From positions 1 to 49,176 of the forward strand of contig CAYMML010000001.1 of the NCBI GenBank assembly GCA_964391515.1: a stretch of 49,176 nt of DNA, written 5' to 3'. Every line of letters starts with the position of its first letter. The stretch's first letter is position 1. This DNA comes from an uncultured Thermodesulfovibrio sp. GTDB lineage: Bacteria; Nitrospirota; Thermodesulfovibrionia; Thermodesulfovibrionales; JdFR-85. Below the pieces are notes generated by a model. The model saw only the letters and a list, made by a program, of their open reading frames with translations, searched no databases and was not told the origin of the DNA. Positions 35,037 to 42,000 of the stretch are shown piece after piece. A program made the position numbers and the translations under genes.

Positions 35037-35762
35037 TCAACCCGCCTTGAGCGGGTCAACAGCCCTGCCATCAACGATCATCTCGTAATGAAGATGGGGC
35101 CCGGTTGCCCTTCCAGTGCTACCCACAAGGGCAATCGGGTTATCCGGTGATACATGATCTCCACTCCTTACCAGGTTCTCTGCATTGTGGGCATACTTGG
35201 TGACCACCCCATCAGGATGCCGGACGATCACCACATTTCCATACCCCTTAAGTTTTCCACTGAACACCACCACCCCCTCAGCGTGAGGATACACAGGGCT
35301 GTTAAGTGGGGCGGCAATATCCACACCTTTATGAAACCTCTCCTTGCCCGTGAAGGGGTCTTTCCTCATGCCAAAGGATGAGGATATCCTTCCATCAACG
35401 GGGAGTTCTCTGCTGGGCTCCTTGCTAACAGAAGAGGTTTTGCCAGCCGGTACAGGTGCAGCAGCCGTGGTTTTCGTCTCTGCATCCTCTCTGGTGAGTT
35501 CTCTAATCAGTTGTTCCGAGAGCCCCGTGCCCCTCTCGGCAAGGCGTTTTGCAATCTCCATATCAAAAAGGCTCTGGTAGACATCTCCGGAAAACCCACT
35601 CCCAAACAGATTTCCACCCACAGAGGCCTGCATCTCTTTGAGGAGTTGGTAAAGGAAAAGAGATTCAAAGGCCTGTGCAGCCCTCTTTATCTCTTCCGTC
35701 CGGCTCTCAGCACCCTTTAAGCCCGGGCGGTATCCTATGGAAAGTATACCCTGATCCAGCAT
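35037..35762 (-). CDS. flgJ: FlgJ-like rod-binding domain fused to an M23 peptidase
   Basis: N-terminal FlgJ rod-binding motif (AAQAFESLFLYQLLKEMQ). C-terminal LytM/M23 motifs (HKGVDIAAP, GSTGRATGPHLHYEM). Confidence 0.85.
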   Translation of the reverse strand: MLDQGILSIGYRPGLKGAESRTEEIKRAAQAFESLFLYQLLKEMQASVGGNLFGSGFSGDVYQSLFDMEIAKRLAERGTGLSEQLIRELTREDAETKTTAAAPVPAGKTSSVSKEPSRELPVDGRISSSFGMRKDPFTGKERFHKGVDIAAPLNSPVYPHAEGVVVFSGKLKGYGNVVIVRHPDGVVTKYAHNAENLVRSGDHVSPDNPIALVGSTGRATGPHLHYEMIVDGRAVDPLKAG

Positions 35763-35763
35763 A

Positions 35764-36849
35764 TCAGATGATCTCCAGTTCAGCCTTCAGGGCACCGGCC
35801 TCCTTCAGCGCCTGAAGTATGGCAATCAAATCTCTTGGGGTCACACCCATTGCATTAAGGGCTCTCACAACCTCACCAAGGGTCGCCCCTTTTACCTCCA
35901 TTAAGTGCGCCTTCTTTTCCTCGGCATTGAGTTTCGTATCTGGCACAACCGCCGTCTGCCCACGGGAAAAGGGCTCCGGTTGTGAGACCAGGTAATCGGT
36001 TTTTACCTCTATCGTGAGGCCGCCATGGGCAATTGCAACCGGTGCGATGGTAACATTTTCTCCAATTATCACCGTACCCGTCCTCTCGTTTATCACCACC
36101 CTGGCAGGCCGGTCTATGCCTACCTCCACATGCTCAAGTAGTCTTACCAGTTCAACCACCCTACCACGGTAGTTTTCGGGCACCTCCACCACCACAGTGG
36201 ATGGATCCACCGCCTGTGCATACCCGCCCTTCATGGCACGGTTTATCTCACGGGCGGCATTTGAGGAGACGGTAAAGTCAGGCTCCTTGAGAAGGAACCG
36301 GAGACTCTCAAGGTGGTTAATATCCACCTGCACCTCCCTTTCTATGAGCACCCCATTTGGCACCCGTCCGACGGTGGGATGGTTTTTCTGAACCGCCGCA
36401 CCTCCTCCACCTGCCGAAAACCCGCCTATAGAGACCGGCCCCTGAGCCACCCCATAGACCCTGCCGTCCGGCCCCTTGAGGGGTGTCATTAGTAGGGTAC
36501 CCCCCTCAAGGCTCTTTGCATCCGCCATGGCGGAAACAAGGGCATCTATCCGGTTACCGTTTCTCGGAAAGGGCGGAAGTGTGGCGGTAACGATAACACT
36601 TGCAGCGTTCTTTGCCTTTACATCCTTAGGGTTTACCGTGACCCCCATCCTCAGAAGCATGTTTGCAACACTCTGGAGGGTCGCCTTACCCTTGTCACCG
36701 GTGCCGTTAAGCCCTACCACAAGCCCGTAACCCACTAATTGGTTTTCCCGCATCCCCTCAAGGTGTGCAATATCCTTAAGCCTTTCAGCACCGGCCTGTA
36801 GTGGCAGAGAGCCCATTAATACCAGTATCAGGACTATACGCTTAACCAT
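35764..36849 (-). CDS. flgI: Flagellar P-ring protein FlgI
   Basis: Signal peptide, RLKDIAHLEGMRENQLVGYGLVVGLNGTGD, and C-terminal ILQALKEAGALKAELEII. Confidence 0.95.
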   Translation of the reverse strand: MVKRIVLILVLMGSLPLQAGAERLKDIAHLEGMRENQLVGYGLVVGLNGTGDKGKATLQSVANMLLRMGVTVNPKDVKAKNAASVIVTATLPPFPRNGNRIDALVSAMADAKSLEGGTLLMTPLKGPDGRVYGVAQGPVSIGGFSAGGGGAAVQKNHPTVGRVPNGVLIEREVQVDINHLESLRFLLKEPDFTVSSNAAREINRAMKGGYAQAVDPSTVVVEVPENYRGRVVELVRLLEHVEVGIDRPARVVINERTGTVIIGENVTIAPVAIAHGGLTIEVKTDYLVSQPEPFSRGQTAVVPDTKLNAEEKKAHLMEVKGATLGEVVRALNAMGVTPRDLIAILQALKEAGALKAELEII

Positions 36850-36859
36850 TTTTTATACC

Positions 36860-37591
36860 TCAAAAGGGCCATATCCGGTCTACAACCCGGCCAAGCCAGC
36901 CGGGAGACTGTTTTTCATCTATCACACCCTGCCCCACAAGGAATATCTGGGAATCGGCAATCCGGGTGCTCTGTATCGTGTTATCAGCCGAGATGTCCTC
37001 TGGCCTGATAATTCCCTTGAGGACGAGAACCTGTTTTTCAAAGTTCAGTGTGATCTCCTTCCTTGACTCTATAACCAGGTTCCCATTTGGAAGCACATCA
37101 ACCACCCTGGCGGTGATGGTGCCCTTCAGGGTCCCCTCCCTCGTGGTCTCACCACTTCCCGTATAATCGTTTGTTATCTCACTCTTAATGGATGGGCTGA
37201 AGGTGTTGCCCTTTCCGTATAGGTTTGCAAGGTTCAGATCAAGCGGAGCACCCAAAAAGCCGGTGATCCCGGCATCAATAGAGGAGTCTCTTCCCGTCTT
37301 CGTCTCCGCCTTCTTACTGCCCGATACACTCTCCACTATCAGGACGGTCACCAGATCATTAAGCCTTCTTGCCCTTCTGTCCTCAAAAAGGCTTGCCCTG
37401 TCCTGGTAGATAGACCCCGGAGAGGTGGGGGGGCTCTCCGGGGTTGTCTGGGGGTTGGAGATATATCGGGGTGAGGGGGGAGGTAACTCTCTTGTTGATG
37501 CACATCCTGTAGCAAAAAGTATTATTCCTGAAAATAGGACTAACCAGAACCCCTTAGTCCAACCGTTAAAACAGAGTTTAAAAGGATACAT
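36860..37591 (-). CDS. flgH: Flagellar L-ring lipoprotein FlgH
   Basis: Lipobox LFATGC. SLFEDRRARRLNDLVTVLI and ARVVDVLPNGNLVIES motifs. Confidence 0.93.
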   Translation of the reverse strand: MYPFKLCFNGWTKGFWLVLFSGIILFATGCASTRELPPPSPRYISNPQTTPESPPTSPGSIYQDRASLFEDRRARRLNDLVTVLIVESVSGSKKAETKTGRDSSIDAGITGFLGAPLDLNLANLYGKGNTFSPSIKSEITNDYTGSGETTREGTLKGTITARVVDVLPNGNLVIESRKEITLNFEKQVLVLKGIIRPEDISADNTIQSTRIADSQIFLVGQGVIDEKQSPGWLGRVVDRIWPF

Positions 37592-38201
37592 AGACCAACC
37601 CCCTGTCTTTCACCATACAGGTTATCGTCCTCTTTGAAGAGAGGTTTACCACCGGGATCCCCTGATCACGTACGCCATCGCTTCTTGCAACCCCGGGGGC
37701 TGTCACCCTGAGGCTCCGGCTCTGGTAAACGATAGTTACCCTTTCGCCCTTCCTTACAAGGGGAGGCTCACTAACAAACCCCTGCCGGATCACCGTATCT
37801 GCACGAACCGACCTCTCTAACCTCTTTCCCTCCACCTCAGAAATACTCCTTAGAGCACCACGGGGAATCCGCCTCACATCCATAAGTGTGGTATAGAGGA
37901 GAGACCTATCAAGCACTGTATCCCGCTTTAATGACCTGATGGCCTTAACCACCCTGTCACGGGCGGTCACATCAGCCTTCACCTTTACGGCACTTCCATC
38001 GTGGTACTGAAACAAAAACTCCGCCCTCCCGATGGGCCCCCGCAGTGTGATTATGCTCACCGGCCTTTGCGGTGGAAGGGTGCCCTCTGGTTCAACATTT
38101 TCAACCATCACATCTGGCCATGGGTAGTTATCCATCAGATACTCCTCTATCACGGCAGATGGGGTGATGGCAAGGGCGATTATAAGAAACAGACCTAACA
38201 C
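37578..38201 (-). CDS. flgA: Flagellar P-ring assembly chaperone FlgA
   Basis: SAF-like domain and C-terminal VRKGERVTIVY...A..G..G..I.V.N motif. Position is upstream of flgH. Confidence 0.82.
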   Translation of the reverse strand: MLGLFLIIALAITPSAVIEEYLMDNYPWPDVMVENVEPEGTLPPQRPVSIITLRGPIGRAEFLFQYHDGSAVKVKADVTARDRVVKAIRSLKRDTVLDRSLLYTTLMDVRRIPRGALRSISEVEGKRLERSVRADTVIRQGFVSEPPLVRKGERVTIVYQSRSLRVTAPGVARSDGVRDQGIPVVNLSSKRTITCMVKDRGLVYVSF

Positions 38202-38207
38202 GCCGGA

Positions 38208-38996
38208 TTACCTCTTCATCGTGTTGGTCATCTGAAGCATATCGTCCACCGCCTGCACCGCCTTTGAGTTAAGTTCATAAGCCCTCTGGCTCACGATCAT
38301 CTGCACCATCTCCTCTACCACATCCACATTGCTCATCTCCACGAACCCCTGCTTTATACTGCCAAGCCCGTCAGAGCCGGGTGTGCCTGTTATGGGGGCA
38401 CCGGATGAGGATGTCTCCACGAACAGACTGTTCCCAATGGGCTTTAACCCCCCGGGGTTCGGAAACCGCACGATCTCAATCTGCCCCACCTCAGTGGGTG
38501 TTGCACTGCCGGGCTGAAGCACGCTGACCGTCCCGTCCTCCCCGATGGTGATCTGTATTGCATCGGTGGGTATGGTGATCTCGGGCTCCATGGGGTATCC
38601 GTTTGAGTTGACTATACGCCCCTCGCTATCCATCTTGAAGGTGCCTGCCCTTGTGTAGGCAACCTCCCCGTCCGGCTTTACCACCTGGAAAAACCCCTCG
38701 CCCTCAATAGTCATATCCAGAGGGTTGCCGGTCTGGACAAAGTCGCCCTGCTCGTAGATCTTCTGGATGGCGGCAGGCTGTACACCAAGCCCCACCTGAA
38801 TACCTGATGGGAACTGTGTGCCGTCCCCTGATGTAGCACCAGGCGCCTTGACAGTCTGATACATGAGTTCCTGAAAGTCCGCCCTGCTCTTTTTGTAGCC
38901 GGGTGTGTTTGCGTTTGCCAGGTTGTTTGATATCACATCAATGTTGAGTTTCTGTGCCTCCATGCCCGTTGCGGCAATAAATAGTGACCTAATCAT
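38208..38996 (-). CDS. flgG: Flagellar distal rod protein FlgG
   Basis: [36 protein letters not shown] and C-terminal [13 protein letters not shown] motifs. 262 aa. Confidence 0.95.
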   Translation of the reverse strand: MIRSLFIAATGMEAQKLNIDVISNNLANANTPGYKKSRADFQELMYQTVKAPGATSGDGTQFPSGIQVGLGVQPAAIQKIYEQGDFVQTGNPLDMTIEGEGFFQVVKPDGEVAYTRAGTFKMDSEGRIVNSNGYPMEPEITIPTDAIQITIGEDGTVSVLQPGSATPTEVGQIEIVRFPNPGGLKPIGNSLFVETSSSGAPITGTPGSDGLGSIKQGFVEMSNVDVVEEMVQMIVSQRAYELNSKAVQAVDDMLQMTNTMKR

Positions 38997-38999
38997 GGT

Positions 39000-39713
39000 T
39001 TATAACCTCCCTATCTCGTTTATGGCCTTGCCGGAACTGTCGTCAAAGGCCCTTATCATCTTCTGGTACGCCTCCACCTGCCTGGTTAGGGAGATGAGTT
39101 TTACCATCTCCTCTATCACATTGACATTGGAGCCCTCCTTCATCCCCTGCATCACCTCCACGTCCGCCTTGACTGGTTGTGAGTCAATCGTGCTGGTATA
39201 TACACCGTTTCCCATCTTTACCAGTTTGTACGGCTTGGGGAAGTCCACCACCTTGAGCCTTCCCACCACGGTGCCGTCCACCGTCACCTCACCGTCACGG
39301 CTCACATTCATACTCCCTGAACCTATGTGTATGGGATTACCATCCTCACCCATCACCCTCCTGCCCTCTGTATCGGTAAGGTAGCCCTCGGAGTCGAGGA
39401 TAAATGTCCCCTTCCTGGAATAGAGGTTACCTTCAAGCACGAAAAACCCATCCCCCCTGATGGCAAGATCAAAGGGGTCGCCCGTGGCGATCATCTCACC
39501 CTGCGAATAATCGGTAATGACAGCCGCCTCCTCTGTCATGACCCTCTCCGGCTGGGAAACATCTTCGACAGGCGGAAGCAGAAATGACCGGAATGCAACC
39601 CGCTCCTTTTTATAACCATCTGTTGAACTGTTGGCAATGTTTCTGGTAAGGAGATCCATCTCCCGTTCCCCCATCATCGCACCTGAAGCCGCTATGTATA
39701 TGCCCTTGTACAT
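39000..39713 (-). CDS. flgF: Flagellar proximal rod protein FlgF
   Basis: MYKGIYIAASGAM...RNIANSSTDGYKK and a rod C-terminal helix. 237 aa, upstream of flgG. Confidence 0.88.
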   Translation of the reverse strand: MYKGIYIAASGAMMGEREMDLLTRNIANSSTDGYKKERVAFRSFLLPPVEDVSQPERVMTEEAAVITDYSQGEMIATGDPFDLAIRGDGFFVLEGNLYSRKGTFILDSEGYLTDTEGRRVMGEDGNPIHIGSGSMNVSRDGEVTVDGTVVGRLKVVDFPKPYKLVKMGNGVYTSTIDSQPVKADVEVMQGMKEGSNVNVIEEMVKLISLTRQVEAYQKMIRAFDDSSGKAINEIGRL

Positions 39714-39728
39714 GACACCCCCTGCTCA

Positions 39729-39744
39729 GCAATTGTTGTGCCAG
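39729..39744 (-). promoter_or_regulatory. Sigma54 (-24/-12) promoter-like element upstream of flgF
   Basis: Minus strand CTGGCAC-AACAA-TTGC matches TGGCAC-N5-TTGC exactly. However, the -12 GC lies only 15 nt before the flgF ATG. Confidence 0.55.
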
Positions 39745-39782
39745 CAGGCATGGCAATTCTTTGAAAGCGGTTTACGGAGATG

Positions 39783-39795
39783 TAATTATTTGATA
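39783..39795 (-). promoter_or_regulatory. IHF-consensus site upstream of the sigma54-like element
   Basis: Minus strand TATCAAATAATTA fits WATCAANNNNTTR. It lies about 40-50 nt upstream of the -24 element, in an AT-rich tract. Confidence 0.4.
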
Positions 39796-39923
39796 TTTAA
39801 GGATTTTCTGGACACAATTGAGGTGGCCTCCCTGCACACAAACCTGAAGGAGACCCTGATTAGAGCAGGTTTTCGGCAAGTATTTGACGGTAGAAATGCC
39901 GGGTGAGAGGGGAAAATATTTCC

Positions 39924-40286
39924 CTACTCCTGCATGGAAAGGAGGAGTTCTATCTCACCGGATGGCAGATCCAGTATTGAGGCTATCTCCTCCACCTTCA
40001 GCCCCTTACTTGCAAGCACCATAACCTCCCTTATCCGGTAATCGGAATAATCGGGGGTGTACTCCTCAGAGACCTCCTCTGCCCGGTTTATCAGCCTCTC
40101 AAGGTGCTTGATCTTTTCGTCAATCCTTTCCTCTATCTCGGTAAGGGTCTTCACCCTTTTATCGATCTTCGACATGAGGAGCGATGAGAGTTCCTCTATC
40201 TCGTCTATCTGGAGGGCAAACAGCCGCTCAGGTGTCTCGGGCTCCTTACCCTTCTTCTTTTTCTCTTTCAGTATGTTCTTTAACAT
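39924..40286 (-). CDS. Hypothetical coiled-coil protein with a C-terminal HTH-like segment (flagellar neighbourhood)
   Basis: 120 aa. Lys-rich N-terminus, heptad-like middle, and C-terminal GLKVEEIASILDLPSGEIELLL. SD GGAGGTGA. Confidence 0.6.
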   Translation of the reverse strand: MLKNILKEKKKKGKEPETPERLFALQIDEIEELSSLLMSKIDKRVKTLTEIEERIDEKIKHLERLINRAEEVSEEYTPDYSDYRIREVMVLASKGLKVEEIASILDLPSGEIELLLSMQE

Positions 40287-40313
40287 AACTCACCTCCAGT
40301 TTTTAAAAGGCGA

Positions 40314-40475
40314 TCATGCCCTTAGGTCAAGCCTCCCACGGGGCTGTTCCTTACCCTGCCCTTCACCTTCCCTCTTTTTCCTCTTCTCCTCCCGCTTTTT
40401 ATCCCTTTTTTTCACCTCCACCTTCTCCTTCACGAGAGGAATATTGTAAATGCCCTTTAGCCCTTCTACCGGCAT
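40314..40475 (-). CDS. Small highly charged ORF (53 aa), not in the ORF track
   Basis: My translation: MPVEGLKGIYNIPLVKEKVEVKKRDKKREEKRKKREGEGQGKEQPRGRLDLRA. A GAGG SD sits 6 nt upstream and overlaps the HDOD stop. The ORF fills an otherwise empty 197-nt gap in a tight operon. Confidence 0.45.
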   Translation of the reverse strand: MPVEGLKGIYNIPLVKEKVEVKKRDKKREEKRKKREGEGQGKEQPRGRLDLRA

Positions 40476-40483
40476 ACAAGACC

Positions 40484-41332
40484 TCAATCAATAAATGAAA
40501 GTTTTTCAGAGATGTACCTCTCCTTGAACTCCGCAGTGAGTTCCTCCATGTCATCAATCTCAAGCCCGAGCACACTCATCACCTCATCTTCATCACCAGC
40601 AACCTCCGGCATGGGGCCTCTGTAGCCCACCCCAAGCCTTGCACAGAGCATATTTGCAAATTCTATGACGGTGCAGAGCGCCCTTACATCTGGCATCTTG
40701 TCAATTTCATGACGCCTGTGATGATTCCCTGTCACAAGTGCCAACTCCTCCGGAAGTTTCCACTCCTTGAACAGGAGTTGGCCAACCTCCTGATGGGTAA
40801 ACCCGAAAAACTCCTCCTCCACCTTATAGAAGGGGCGCCGATCGTCATATACTGTCTCAATAACCAATGCATACCTCTCCGGCTGGCTCTGGTTCATCAC
40901 CGCCTTACCAATATCATGCAAAAGTCCTGCCACCACACATTCCTCAATGGAGATCTTGTAAGCCTTCTGTCTGGAGGCAACCAGCCCGGCTGCAATAGAG
41001 ACCCCCATGGCGTGTTCCCAGAGTTTCTGCTCCGTAATCCCATGTAGATTGTAAATCTCCCTTGTGGAGACGGCAATGGCTATCTTCTTGACAGCCTCAA
41101 ACCCGAGGACGAAGATCGCATCGGAAAGGGTGTCAACCGCCCTCCTGAGCCCATAGTAGGCAGAGTTTGCGATCATGAGGATCTTGGAGGTTATCGCCTG
41201 GTCGGAGATCATAATGTCCTGTATCTCCTCCACCCTCACATTCGGGTTGTTGACCATCTGCAAAATCCTTGCAGCCACATGGGGCATGGCAGGAAGGCTC
41301 ATATCCTTCAGTATCATTTCTGGTGATAACAT
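40484..41332 (-). CDS. HDOD domain protein
   Basis: HDOD N-terminus (MSLPAMPHVAARILQMVNNPNVRVEEIQDIM) and HD-like core (LLHDIGKAVM, GFTHQEVGQLL). I prefer ATG 41332 (GGAGGAGAG SD) over the track start at 41371. Confidence 0.82.
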   Translation of the reverse strand: MLSPEMILKDMSLPAMPHVAARILQMVNNPNVRVEEIQDIMISDQAITSKILMIANSAYYGLRRAVDTLSDAIFVLGFEAVKKIAIAVSTREIYNLHGITEQKLWEHAMGVSIAAGLVASRQKAYKISIEECVVAGLLHDIGKAVMNQSQPERYALVIETVYDDRRPFYKVEEEFFGFTHQEVGQLLFKEWKLPEELALVTGNHHRRHEIDKMPDVRALCTVIEFANMLCARLGVGYRGPMPEVAGDEDEVMSVLGLEIDDMEELTAEFKERYISEKLSFID

Positions 41333-41451
41333 CTCTCCTCCTTCCCAAGAGGCAGACGAATGCTCTCCCATCCAACTATGGAGTAGTAGTCAACCTCTTC
41401 CGGCCTCCTGAAGAGTCGGCTTATCATGGAGATGAATACTCTCATACCCCC

Positions 41452-41479
41452 TTATCGGACAAAGGGGAGAGAAACTTTA
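41452..41479 (-). promoter_or_regulatory. Sigma28-like promoter upstream of the HDOD gene
   Basis: Minus strand TAAAGTTT-N12-TCCGATAA: the -35 is 8 of 8, the -10 is 7 of 8, and the spacer is one nt longer than consensus. Confidence 0.6.
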
Positions 41480-41553
41480 ACGGAAATATTCGGAGAAATC
41501 ATTGCAGGAATTGAAAAGAGATGTGATTAATGGTTGAGGCTGAGGCTAAAACT

Positions 41554-41583
41554 AAGATTAAGGTTAAGGTTAAGATTAAGGTT
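41554..41583. repeat. Tandem hexamer array (AAGRTT)x5 flanked by a 13-nt direct repeat GGTTGAGGCTGAG (41532 and 41580)
   Basis: Read directly: AAGATT AAGGTT AAGGTT AAGATT AAGGTT. Located in the 272-nt gap between the receiver gene and the HDOD gene. Confidence 0.85.
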
Positions 41584-41643
41584 GAGGCTGAGCAATCGTT
41601 AGGCCGAACTCACGCCCTTTCTCCAAGGCCCATTACCACCTGT

Positions 41644-42000
41644 CTAAACCCCCTCAAGGGCCTCTTCCAGGGTTTGTCTTGTAAAGGGCTTCCTTATAAC
41701 CCGCCCACCAAGGGAGGCTATACGATTCTCAACCTCCTTTTCCACATTGGCACCTGTTATCAGAAAGAGCCGCCCCTTCAGGTGGGGAAACCTGCGGGAA
41801 ACATCCTCTATCAGCCTGTCTCCCTTTATGTCTGGCATCATGAAGTCTGTTATAACGGCGTGATACCCGTCAGAGTCGATTCTTTTCAACCCATCGGCAC
41901 CGCTTTGAACTATCTCGCACTCGTAACCAAATGAACGGAGGTAAAACCCGAGCACCTCCGCCACATCGGGATCGTCATCTATTACCAGTATCTTCTTCAA
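41644..42000 (-). CDS. Single-domain CheY-like response regulator receiver
   Basis: MKKILVIDDDPD, phospho-acceptor context VITDFMMPD, LITG, and RKPF. 118 aa. Overlaps the kinase gene by 26 nt. Confidence 0.9.
   Translation of the reverse strand: MKKILVIDDDPDVAEVLGFYLRSFGYECEIVQSGADGLKRIDSDGYHAVITDFMMPDIKGDRLIEDVSRRFPHLKGRLFLITGANVEKEVENRIASLGGRVIRKPFTRQTLEEALEGV

Noticed and set aside
41530-41934. Plus-strand ORF beginning MVEAEAKTKIKVKVKIKVEAE, which looks like an amphipathic repeat peptide.
   Set aside because: The striking N-terminus is simply the translation of the hexamer DNA repeat. The rest of the ORF is antisense to the well-supported CheY-like receiver gene, and the SD is poor.
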